Assembly: GCA_020832515.1 (NCBI GenBank) | Contig: JAFIEN010000001.1 | Span: forward strand, 1-42,896 | Length of the DNA stretch: 42,896 bases | Source: Rubellimicrobium sp. | GTDB taxonomy: Bacteria > Pseudomonadota > Alphaproteobacteria > Rhodobacterales > Rhodobacteraceae | Reading direction: 5' to 3' | Shown here: positions 10,301-17,049 of the stretch, piece after piece | Layout: every line of letters begins with the position of its first letter | Position numbering within the stretch: position 1 is the first letter of the stretch | Program-made: the position numbers and the translations under genes | Notes under the pieces: model-generated | What the model saw: only the letters and a program-made list of their open reading frames with translations | Told to the model about the DNA's origin: nothing | Databases searched by the model: none

Positions 10301-12646
10301 GCGGTGCTCGAGGCCGGGGATTTCGCAGACTGGCTCTCCGCACTCGACCCCGAGGGGGCACCGCAGGCGCTGGTCTGGCTGGAAAGCCGCGCGGCCATGC
10401 CCGATCCCTTTTCCCTCGACCTTGCGGACTGGCGGGAGCTCCACGCCCGCCAGACCAAACGCTTCTTCGCCCTGCTCGGGGCGCTGTCGCCGCATCTGCG
10501 GACGGGCGGGCGGATCCTTGCCGTGACCGCCTCGGGCGGGGTCTTCGGGCGCAGCCTTGAGGAGGGGACCCCGCCGATGTCGGCAGGCGCGGGCGTGATC
10601 GGGATCGTCAAGGCGCTCTCGCTTGAATGGCGGGCGTGCAGTTCCAAGGTCGTCGACCTCGACCCCGCCGAGGATCCCGCAGCCCAGGCCGCCCATCTGG
10701 TGCATGAGATGTCCTTCGTCATGGGCCGGCGCGAGGTGGGCTATCCGGGGGGTGCGCGCACCATCCTGCGCACGGAGCCTGCCTCGCTTGCGCCGCCCGG
10801 GCGGCCCCCGCTCCTGCCCGGTCCCGACTGGGTGATCGTCGCCACCGGCGGCGCGCGCGGCATCACCGCCGAATGCCTGCGCAGCCTTGCCCCATTTGGC
10901 CCCACCCTTGTCCTGATCGGGCGCAGCCCGGCCCCTGCGCCCGAGCCGCCCGAGACGGCCGCGCTCGACCGGGCGGGGCTGCGCGCCCATCTTCTGGCCG
11001 CGGCGCGGGCGCGGGGCGAAAAGCCCCGCCCGGTCGAGATCGAGGCGGACATCGCCCGGATCATGGCCGCCCGCGACATCCGCACCAACCTGCAGGATTT
11101 CGAGCGGATGGGGGCAAAGGTCGATCTGCGCGTCGCCGACATGGCCGAGGCCGACCGGGTGATCGCCGAGGTGCAGGCGCAATACGGCCGGATCGACCTG
11201 CTGATCCATGGCGCGGGCCTGATCGAGGATGCGCTGATCGAGGCCAAGACCCCCGACAGTTTCGACCGGGTCTTCGACGTCAAGGTCGACGGGGCCTTCC
11301 GCATGATCCGGGCGCTGGATCCCGCGCATCTGAAGGGCATCTGCTTCTTCACCTCGGTCGCGGGGCGCTATGGCAACCGCGGCCAGACCGATTACGCCGC
11401 CGCCAACGAGGTGCTCAACCGCCTGGCCTGGGACCTGCGCCGCCGTCTTGGCCCCGGGGTCGCGGTCAAGGCGATCAACTGGGGGCCATGGGGGGTGACC
11501 ACGACCGGGGCGGGCATGGTCACCGACAGCGTGCGCGCCCAGTTCGAGGCGCGCGGCATCGGCATGGTCGAGGCGCGCGCGGGGCGTGACCTGTTCTTCA
11601 AGGAGATGTTCTGGGCCTGTCCCGAACAGGTGGAATCGGTGGGCTGGGTCGCCGATGGCGAAACGATGGAGGCCCGCGCCACCGCCCTGCCCGCGCCACC
11701 GGGCGTACGCCGCGTCGCCGACGGGCTGATCCTTCTGCGCGGGGCCGAGACGCGCGACAGCGGTCCGGAGGCGGGGGACCGCCGCGAACTGATCTGGCGT
11801 TTCGATCTGGTGAATGCGCCTTACGTCGATCACCACCGCTTCGACGGGGTGGGGGTGATGCCCGCCACCGCCGTGATGCAGTTGATGAGCGAGGTGCCCC
11901 GCGCCTTCGGGATCGAGGCGCCGGTCATCGAATTGCGGGATTTCCAGATCTTCAAGGGGCTGACGCTGGATGCCGGGCCCTTCGATGTCGTGCTTGAACT
12001 CGAGGCGCGGGAAGAGGGTCTGTTCCGGGTGAACCTGCGCGCCGCGGACAATCCCGCCCGGCTGCGCTTCCGCGGCGATCTGGTTCTGGGCGAGGGCCTG
12101 CCCGAAGGCCCCGAACGCTGCCCCGAGGATCTGGCCCGCACGACCTGGACGGGCCTCGACATGGGCAGCATCTATCGCCGCTGGCTCAGCCACGGGCCGC
12201 GCTTCCAGACGCTGACCGGGATGCGCGGGATCGAGCCCTCGCGGATCTGGGCCGGGCTGGTTCCCAGCCGCCCGCAGGATTTCGTCCCCGTGGACGGTGA
12301 TGCGCGCTGGACATTCGATCCCGGCATGCTCGACGGGGTGCTGCAGACGGTCTGGATCTGGAGCCGGGCGGTGCAGGGCGGATCGGCCCTGCCCCTGCGG
12401 GTGGCCAGGGTCCGGCGCTTTGCCGGCGATACCTGCGACGGGCCGCTGACCGCGGTGGTCGATGTGCTCTCCGCCCCCGGAGAGACCACGATCGAGACGA
12501 CAAGCCGGGTCTACAACGCGGCCGGAGAGGCCTGTTACGAGCTTGAACGCTTTGCCGGGCAATCCTCGTCCCGGCTCAACCGGCTGGGGGGCGGCTGGCA
12601 GGGCGGTGCGCGCGAGGAAACCGCCATGGATGAAGGCAGGGCATGA
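4400..12646 (+). CDS. Type I PKS / PUFA-synthase-like megasynthase with domain order (degenerate NMO)-ER(PfaD/NMO type)-KS-AT-ACP-KR-DH
   Basis: Domains were read from motifs; nt positions are approximate.
- **Degenerate NMO-like half, 4.4-5.3 kb:** GYVLKGHECGG, FVQGGI.
- **FMN enoyl reductase, ~5350-6400:** YPILQGPMTRVSD, ILEGRECGGHVGP, VLAGGIHD.
- **KS, ~6435-7770:** DIAIVGMA, VVDAACASSL (Cys codon 7001-7003), EAHGTGT, GHTKASAG, GFGGTNFH.
- **AT, ~8090-9100:** FLFPGQGSQYPGM, GHSYGE, AFHSPLM.
- **Linker, 9.2-9.75 kb:** Pro/Ala-rich.
- **ACP, ~9770-10010:** DLGIDSIKRMEI (Ser codon 9872-9874).
- **KR, ~10130-11600:** ATGGARGIT, SVAGRYGNRGQTDYAAAN.
- **PS-DH, ~11700-12560:** HRFDGVGVMP, which fits HxxxGxxxxP.

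The true start may be ATG 4409 or GTG 4415, since AGGAG lies at 4404-4408. Confidence 0.9.
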   Translation: MQEMAVTSGLECLVLAPAGLPAARLAVAAARAGAVPVLPVTPEGIDSALTGAAGAGRFGLSLSDPALLALLAARDDLPPALALVIAPPPGLAEAPGALSAQPAPGRRRLCEARRCSQDVLALAPHIDGYVLKGHECGGVVSEQTGFVLLQEFRRKTGLPLFVQGGITPETAAAAHVGGASGVVLDDQILLLAESPLTDARLRRRIEGFSGSETLQVEEMSLGLYLRGLDAPGGKRAAEFAVRLRENPAAIHDIAAGFSWQPGAVAPAGQGLALAAGLARRYRTLGRLVGAIARAVGTLPGQAASRALLAEGAPLAQSLGTRYPILQGPMTRVSDVSDFFLRVAEGGALPFAALALLSGPQTQTLLEQTRDLLGGRPWGVGMLGFADTRVLGPQMEAVDKVRPDFAIIAGGRINQVMEFEGKGIPAFVHASTAGIIAHYLDEGVRRFILEGRECGGHVGPMSSFTLWGAVVEALKTHPVILRDGKRVQIVLAGGIHDAASAAMAATVVEPLAAQAVQIGVLMGTGYLFTREIVESGAIVPDYQQVALDCAETRCLWEGPGFASRCAITPIVEEFVEARARLEADGAGAREIRETLEHFSLGRLRMATKGLARTGPEKELTEIGPEERHQKGMYMIGQVAALRHEVRSIAEFHADVSAGSVAHLQALERAEPLTAAAPPPADIAIVGMATLLPGADTLSTYWRRILTGESAIREIPEDRWDIAGHFDADRTVRDKVYSRWGGFLEDVAFNPLDYGIPPGTIDSVDPMQLLALELVSDALKDAGQGALEGVDRARTSVVFGFSGGVGEKGAQYVARSELPRLLGEVPGDVLSRLPEWTEDSFAGILPNVAAGRVANRFDLGGSNMVVDAACASSLAAVYAGVMELESGRADTVIAGGVDTLQAPFGYLCFSKTQALSPRGICNTFDKKADGIVISEGLAAVVLKRRADAEGDGDRIYGVIKGIGASSDGRAKGLTAPLPAGQKRALERAYAQARFTPDTVGLFEAHGTGTVAGDRAELETVTGSLRAAGAGPRNSAIGSVKTLIGHTKASAGIAGLIKVTLGLHHKVLPPHAQVSDPNAVFEDPEAPLYLAQSPQPWVPAPGRPRRAGVSSFGFGGTNFHVALEEHADPHAAAPPADPGVDALPFAFAADSREALLKQVARLDPAAAPGLKGLALKALEGAGDGPVRLAFTARSLDEAGAKLAEARAFLEGDAPAPPPGLHYTQAPRLASGGRLAFLFPGQGSQYPGMARQGTMLHPAMLAALETAEAALADTPTFGGGGRRLARLIWPEEAFTPEARKAQMAALTATEVAQPALGAIGAGMAGMLARLGVVPDMVAGHSYGEFVALHVAGAFDLATLIRLSEARGRAMVENGDPDRPGAMAAVAADAQTVEAAIAGLADVVLANRNSPRQTVIAGPRAAITQAMEAVTAAGLQVTAVPVSQAFHSPLMAAARGQFDAALAAVDWRATRLPVYSNTSGAVHEADPDAQRAVMSAHLVSPVEFTGMIRAMAADGARVFVEVGPKSVLSGRVPEILGSEADVRAIALDRASGDAAALAEGLAQLFVEGARVDLAGLVAGLAEPLPRSVTHAGADPRHLWHLNGAYARRADAARRDTRLPAPSTRSPGLSPGLSPTLSAAPSPLTTGPDMPPPPDGSAVPPALPRLQEELEFMEIHDHDPPPPPGGPPSILGEYHRMMQEFLRVQENVMLAYLGGSPRTAQPLAPVASPAFAAPAPVPRTIPASVAAPVAAPAVAPVVQVPTPAPTTLAPTTPTMPPAPAPAPVPAPVAAVPAGGIDLMGAFTTIVAEKTGYPEDALDPDQGMEADLGIDSIKRMEILGAVQKILPETAAEAMRAEMDRIAELSTIREIVGFIEGHMGGAPTTGSQATGPQATGTGGAGTGDTRPFDPAGEDHAVTAVLPRYIQVPFHEPADHVTETLPQGLRVLVTEAEDGFHDHLVRVLADAGAVPVILPRAVLEAGDFADWLSALDPEGAPQALVWLESRAAMPDPFSLDLADWRELHARQTKRFFALLGALSPHLRTGGRILAVTASGGVFGRSLEEGTPPMSAGAGVIGIVKALSLEWRACSSKVVDLDPAEDPAAQAAHLVHEMSFVMGRREVGYPGGARTILRTEPASLAPPGRPPLLPGPDWVIVATGGARGITAECLRSLAPFGPTLVLIGRSPAPAPEPPETAALDRAGLRAHLLAAARARGEKPRPVEIEADIARIMAARDIRTNLQDFERMGAKVDLRVADMAEADRVIAEVQAQYGRIDLLIHGAGLIEDALIEAKTPDSFDRVFDVKVDGAFRMIRALDPAHLKGICFFTSVAGRYGNRGQTDYAAANEVLNRLAWDLRRRLGPGVAVKAINWGPWGVTTTGAGMVTDSVRAQFEARGIGMVEARAGRDLFFKEMFWACPEQVESVGWVADGETMEARATALPAPPGVRRVADGLILLRGAETRDSGPEAGDRRELIWRFDLVNAPYVDHHRFDGVGVMPATAVMQLMSEVPRAFGIEAPVIELRDFQIFKGLTLDAGPFDVVLELEAREEGLFRVNLRAADNPARLRFRGDLVLGEGLPEGPERCPEDLARTTWTGLDMGSIYRRWLSHGPRFQTLTGMRGIEPSRIWAGLVPSRPQDFVPVDGDARWTFDPGMLDGVLQTVWIWSRAVQGGSALPLRVARVRRFAGDTCDGPLTAVVDVLSAPGETTIETTSRVYNAAGEACYELERFAGQSSSRLNRLGGGWQGGAREETAMDEGRA

Positions 12647-15600
12647 TGTCCGACACGACCGGTATCGCCACCGATACTGCTACCGATATCGCCATCGTGG
12701 GGATGGCCGGGATCTATCCCCAGGCCGATGATATCGACATCTTCTGGTCCAATATCCTTGCCGCGCGCGACTGCGTGACCGAGGCGCCCGAGGGCTGGCT
12801 GGGCGTGGGCGACATCTACGACCCGGGCAGCGATGTGCCGGGCCATATCTACACCAGCCGGGGCGGGTTCCTGGGTGATCTGTCGCGCTTCGATCCGCGC
12901 CGCTTCGGCACCATGCCGCGCGCCATGGGCGGCCAGCCCGACCAGTTCCTGGCGCTCAAGGTGGCGCATGACGCGCTGGTCGATGCGGGCTATGTGCCGG
13001 GCCGGTTCGACGGCGAGAGGACCGGGGTGATCCTCGGCCATTCGCTGCACGGGCACCGGGCCAATATCAGCGCGATCCAGCAGGTCTGGGTCCATGGCCA
13101 GTTCCGGCAGGTGCTGGACGCGCTCTTTCCCGGCCTGCCCCCCGACCGGGTGGATGCGGCGATGGCGATGCTCAAGGCGGGGCTGCCGCCGCTCGATCCC
13201 GAAGGGGTGCCGGGGCTGGTGCCCAATGTGATGACGGGGCGGATCTGCAACCGGCTCGATCTGATGGGGCCGAACTACATCATCGACGCGGCCTGTTCCT
13301 CGTCGCTGATCGCGGTGGACCTTGCCATCGGCGAGTTGCGCGCAGGGCGGGCCGAGATGATGCTGGCGGGCGGCGTGAACACCACCACCTCGCCGCTGGT
13401 CTATGGCCTGTTCTGCACGGTCAATGCGCTGTCGCCCGACGGGCGGATCCGGCCCTTCGACCGTGGCGCCAACGGCACCGTTCTGGGCGAGGGGGCGGGC
13501 GTCCTCGTGCTCAAGCGGCTGGCGGATGCGCTGCGCGACGACAACCGGATCTATGCGGTGATCAAGGGGGTGGGCCAATCCTCGGACGGGAAAAGCTCGG
13601 GCCTCATGGCGCCCCGGCTCGAGGGCGAGATGCTGGCCGTGCGCCGCGCCTATGCCCAGACCGGGATCGACCCCGCCACGATCGGCCTGATCGAGGCGCA
13701 TGGCACCGGCATCCCCCTTGGCGACCGGACCGAGGTCGAGGCGCTGCGCCAGGTCTTCGGCACGCGCGAGGGCGGCCTGCCGCGTGTGCCGATCGGATCG
13801 GTGAAATCCATGATCGGCCATTGCATTCCCGCCGCAGGATCTGCCGCGATCATCAAGATGGCGCTGGCGCTGGACCAGGGGATCGTGCCGCCCACGCTTT
13901 GCGACGAGGTCAGTGCCGAGATCGGGCTGGAGCGGACACAGTTCCATGTCGCGACCGAGACCCGGCCCTGGATCCAGTCGGGATCCCACCCCCGCCGCGC
14001 GGCGATCAATGCCTTCGGCTTCGGCGGGATCAACGCGCATATGATCCTGGAACAATCGCCCGTGGGCCGGACCCCCGATCCCACGGCCGCCTTCCTGCCG
14101 CGCGACGTGGGCGTGGTGCCTGAGCAGGAGCAGGTGCTGGTCTTCGCCGGCGCCGACCGGAGCGCCGTTCTGGCCGCATTGGAGACTGTTCTGGCCGACC
14201 GGGAGGCCGGTCTGGCCGCCCTTTCTGCCGCAAGCTGGGACCGCGCGATGGCCACAGAGGGTGCCCCCGCCCGTCTTGCACCCGCCCGTCTTGCAATCGT
14301 CGCCGCCGACCGGGCCGAGTTCGAGAAGAAGGCCGAGACGGTGCGCGCCAAGCTGCCCGGCCTGCCTCCGGGCGGCACGCTCCAGACCCGGAGCGGCATC
14401 CATTACGAGGATCGCGCCCGGGTGGCCGAAGGGGGCAAGGTCGGCTTCCTCTTTCCCGGCGAGATGGCGCAATATCCCGGGATGATGGCCGATGTCGCCA
14501 TGGCCTATCCGGTGGTGCGCGACTGGTTCGACTTCATCGGCAGCCTGACCGAGGGCCGCCGCGCGGTGGCGCTCGAACAGGTGATCCATCCGCCCACGAC
14601 GCTGGTGGACGAGGCCGGGCGGATTCTGCTCGAGGAGCTGATCCACCGGGTGGATTACGGCTCGGAAATGGTCTTCGCCGCCGATCAGGCCGTCTTTGCG
14701 CTGCTCTCGGCCATGGGCATCCGGGCGGATGCGATGCTGGGCCATTCCACGGGCGAGAATGCGGCGCTGGTGGCCAGCGGGCTGATCGACCTCGACCGGG
14801 ACCGGGTCGGGCGGATGATCGCCGAGATGAACACCGTCTTTTCCCGGGTTGAACAGAGCGGGCAGGTGCCGCGGGGCGTGCTGCTGAATGTGGCGGTCCT
14901 TCCCCGGGCCGAACTCGAGGCGCTGCTCGCGCGCCATCCGGACCTGCATTTCACCATGGACAACTGCCCCAACCAGGCGATCCTCTTCGGCCAGAAGACC
15001 GCCATCGACGCGCTTGCGCGCGAGGCGGTGGCGGCGGGTGCCGTCTGCACGCATCTGCCGATTTCCTGGGGCTATCACACCGAACATGTCAAACCGCTGG
15101 CCGAGGAATTCGAGCGGCTGTTCGACGGGCTGAAGCTGGCCAGGGGTGCCGGGGTCACGCTCTATTCCTGCGGCACGGCAAAGCCTTTCCCGAAGACCCC
15201 GGCAGGGTTCCGCAAGACGGCCATCGCGCAATATACCGCGCGGGTGCGCTTTACCGAGGCGGTCGAGCGGATGCATGCCGACGGGGTGCGGGTCTTCGTC
15301 GAATGCGGGCCGAATGCGGTGCTTTCGGCCTTCGTGCGCGACATTCTGGGCGACAGGCCGCATCTGGCCGTGTCGGCCGACAACCGCCGCCGGGGGATGG
15401 AAGAGCAACTGCGCCATCTGGTGGCGCAGCTTTTCGCCGCCGGTGTGCCGATGGATCCGCGCGACTTCCTTCTGCCGGCCGAGGCCGCCGCGACCCTGCG
15501 CCGCCGCGAGATGCGCGTGGCACAGCGCAAGGCCCCCGTCCTTCCCGGCGAACTGGGCGTCTTCCGGATCGGGGCGGAGGAGGCGCAAACCCTGCGCGAT

Positions 15601-16530
15601 CTGCTGATCGTGCCGGCCGAGGCCCCCGCGCAGGCACAGGTCGCCCCCTTTGCCACCCCCGCATCCCCGGCCCCACCCCCGGCCGCATCCCCTGGCCCTG
15701 ATCCGGCCGCAGGGCTGCAGGCGCATCTGTCCCTCATGAACCGCTTCCTGCAGGGGACGGGCCATGTGATGACCAGGGCCCTCGTCGCCGGTGCGCAAGG
15801 ACCGGGCCGGATCGGCGTGCTCGACATCGGGCGCGGCTTCGCCCCGCCTTTCGCCTTCCGTGCCTATCTGATGGAGGGGGCCAGCCCCAGCCTGGAGGCG
15901 ATCCGCCCCCATCTGGCCCCGGCCGAACTGCCCGAGGCCGAGGCTCTGGCCGCGAAGGGGGGCCCGCGCTGGCAGGAATGGTGCCTGAGCCGTCTGGCCG
16001 TCAAGCGGGCGGTCGGCGCGGTGCTGGGGCCGGTTCAGGGCCAGCACCTGCCCGGTGCGGGGATCGAGATCCGCAAGGCCCCGGGGGGCGCGCCCTATGT
16101 GGCGCTGGCCGATGCCGCCGTGGCGCGGCCCGCCATCTCGCTGTCGCATGCGGGGGCGGCGGGCGTGGGGGCGGCGGCGGGGCCGGGCTGGCGGATGGGG
16201 ATCGATTACGAAACACCGGCCCGCATCCGCGATGCGGCCGAATTCCTGCACACCATCGCCTCGGACGCCGAGCAGGCCACCCTGGGCCTGCCCGCCACGG
16301 CGGAAGGGGCGGCCCTTGTCTGGAGCGTGAAGGAGGCCACGGCCAAGGCGCTGGGTCTGGGGCTGCAGGGGCGCCCGCAACAGTTTGCCGTGGTCGGCGC
16401 CGATCTGGGCAAGGGGATTGTGCGCCTGCAGCACGACCGATACACGGTCGAGGCGCAGGTACGCCGGGTGCGCGATGCGGTCTGCGCCGTGGCCTGGCTG
16501 CCCGCAGAGGCTGCACCCCCTGCGGTTTGA
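12643..16530 (+). CDS. PKS subunit with domain order KS-AT(like)-C-terminal 4'-phosphopantetheinyl transferase
   Basis: The start overlaps the PKS1 stop as ATGA (12643-12646).
- **KS, ~12690-14055:** DIAIVGMAGIYPQ, IIDAACSSSL (Cys codon 13294-13296), EAHGTGIPLGD, GHCIPAAG, GFGGINAH.
- **AT-like, ~14440-15330:** FLFPGEMAQYPGM instead of GQGSQ, and GHSTGE.
- **Linker:** Pro/Ala-rich.
- **PPTase, ~15950-16527:** GIDYE, WSVKEATAKALG. Confidence 0.88.
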   Translation: MMSDTTGIATDTATDIAIVGMAGIYPQADDIDIFWSNILAARDCVTEAPEGWLGVGDIYDPGSDVPGHIYTSRGGFLGDLSRFDPRRFGTMPRAMGGQPDQFLALKVAHDALVDAGYVPGRFDGERTGVILGHSLHGHRANISAIQQVWVHGQFRQVLDALFPGLPPDRVDAAMAMLKAGLPPLDPEGVPGLVPNVMTGRICNRLDLMGPNYIIDAACSSSLIAVDLAIGELRAGRAEMMLAGGVNTTTSPLVYGLFCTVNALSPDGRIRPFDRGANGTVLGEGAGVLVLKRLADALRDDNRIYAVIKGVGQSSDGKSSGLMAPRLEGEMLAVRRAYAQTGIDPATIGLIEAHGTGIPLGDRTEVEALRQVFGTREGGLPRVPIGSVKSMIGHCIPAAGSAAIIKMALALDQGIVPPTLCDEVSAEIGLERTQFHVATETRPWIQSGSHPRRAAINAFGFGGINAHMILEQSPVGRTPDPTAAFLPRDVGVVPEQEQVLVFAGADRSAVLAALETVLADREAGLAALSAASWDRAMATEGAPARLAPARLAIVAADRAEFEKKAETVRAKLPGLPPGGTLQTRSGIHYEDRARVAEGGKVGFLFPGEMAQYPGMMADVAMAYPVVRDWFDFIGSLTEGRRAVALEQVIHPPTTLVDEAGRILLEELIHRVDYGSEMVFAADQAVFALLSAMGIRADAMLGHSTGENAALVASGLIDLDRDRVGRMIAEMNTVFSRVEQSGQVPRGVLLNVAVLPRAELEALLARHPDLHFTMDNCPNQAILFGQKTAIDALAREAVAAGAVCTHLPISWGYHTEHVKPLAEEFERLFDGLKLARGAGVTLYSCGTAKPFPKTPAGFRKTAIAQYTARVRFTEAVERMHADGVRVFVECGPNAVLSAFVRDILGDRPHLAVSADNRRRGMEEQLRHLVAQLFAAGVPMDPRDFLLPAEAAATLRRREMRVAQRKAPVLPGELGVFRIGAEEAQTLRDLLIVPAEAPAQAQVAPFATPASPAPPPAASPGPDPAAGLQAHLSLMNRFLQGTGHVMTRALVAGAQGPGRIGVLDIGRGFAPPFAFRAYLMEGASPSLEAIRPHLAPAELPEAEALAAKGGPRWQEWCLSRLAVKRAVGAVLGPVQGQHLPGAGIEIRKAPGGAPYVALADAAVARPAISLSHAGAAGVGAAAGPGWRMGIDYETPARIRDAAEFLHTIASDAEQATLGLPATAEGAALVWSVKEATAKALGLGLQGRPQQFAVVGADLGKGIVRLQHDRYTVEAQVRRVRDAVCAVAWLPAEAAPPAV

Positions 16531-16533
16531 CCG

Positions 16534-16585
16534 GCAGGCCAAAACCGCAGGCCAAAACCGCAGGCCACATCCGCAGGCCAAAACC
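16534..16585. repeat. Four tandem copies of a 13-bp unit, GCAGGCCAAAACC (third copy GCAGGCCACATCC)
   Basis: Copies occupy 16534-16546, 16547-16559, 16560-16572 and 16573-16585. The array starts 4 nt after the PKS2 stop. The period is not a multiple of 3. Confidence 0.9.
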
Positions 16586-16706
16586 GCGGTGCAGAAGGCA
16601 GGCCGGAACGGGTCGGTGCGCGAAAGGGACGGGGGCAAGGACGGAACGGGTCGGGACAGGAGCCGCAGACCGGTGGTGCGAAGGGTTCGGAAGGAAGAGG
16701 ATCGTG

Positions 16707-16982
16707 ATGTTGCAGACAGTTGATATCGGGGCGCGCCTTCGCCTGACCCTGGCCGAATTCGTCGAGGACTGGGGCCTCGATATCGAGATCACCCCCGAGA
16801 CCAGCCTTGTCGGCGATCTGGAATTCGACTCGATCGACGTGATCCAGTTCGTCGTGGCGATGGAAAACGCCTTTCAAAGCCGCAAGATCGGCTTTCAGGA
16901 CCTCTTGATGCAGGAGGGCCGCTATGTGGACGACCTGACGGTGGCCCAGATCGAGGCCTTCCTGCGCGACCGGCTGGCCTGA
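16707..16982 (+). CDS. Discrete acyl carrier protein
   Basis: This is the last 92 codons of track ORF 15978-16982. ATG 16707 (or GTG 16704) is preceded by GGAAGGAAGAGG. The phosphopantetheine-attachment motif is GDLEFDSIDVIQFV. The protein is small and acidic. Confidence 0.85.
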   Translation: MLQTVDIGARLRLTLAEFVEDWGLDIEITPETSLVGDLEFDSIDVIQFVVAMENAFQSRKIGFQDLLMQEGRYVDDLTVAQIEAFLRDRLA

Positions 16983-17049
16983 GGACGGGGCTGCGAACCG
17001 GGCGGGGAGACGGCCCCGACAGACGGCCGACACAGAAGAAGGACATCCC

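Noticed and set aside
5318-16638. Very long minus-strand ORFs 5318-9184 (1288 aa), 10034-12562 (842 aa) and 12535-16638 (1367 aa)
   Set aside because: They lie antisense to the two PKS genes, whose plus-strand frames carry textbook KS/AT/ACP/KR/DH motifs. The antisense products are Arg/Gly/Pro/His-rich with no motifs.
15978-16706. Upstream 243 codons of track ORF 15978-16982
   Set aside because: This part overlaps the PPTase domain of PKS2 in another frame and runs through the 13-bp tandem repeats. Only the last 92 codons, after a strong SD, look like a protein (an ACP).
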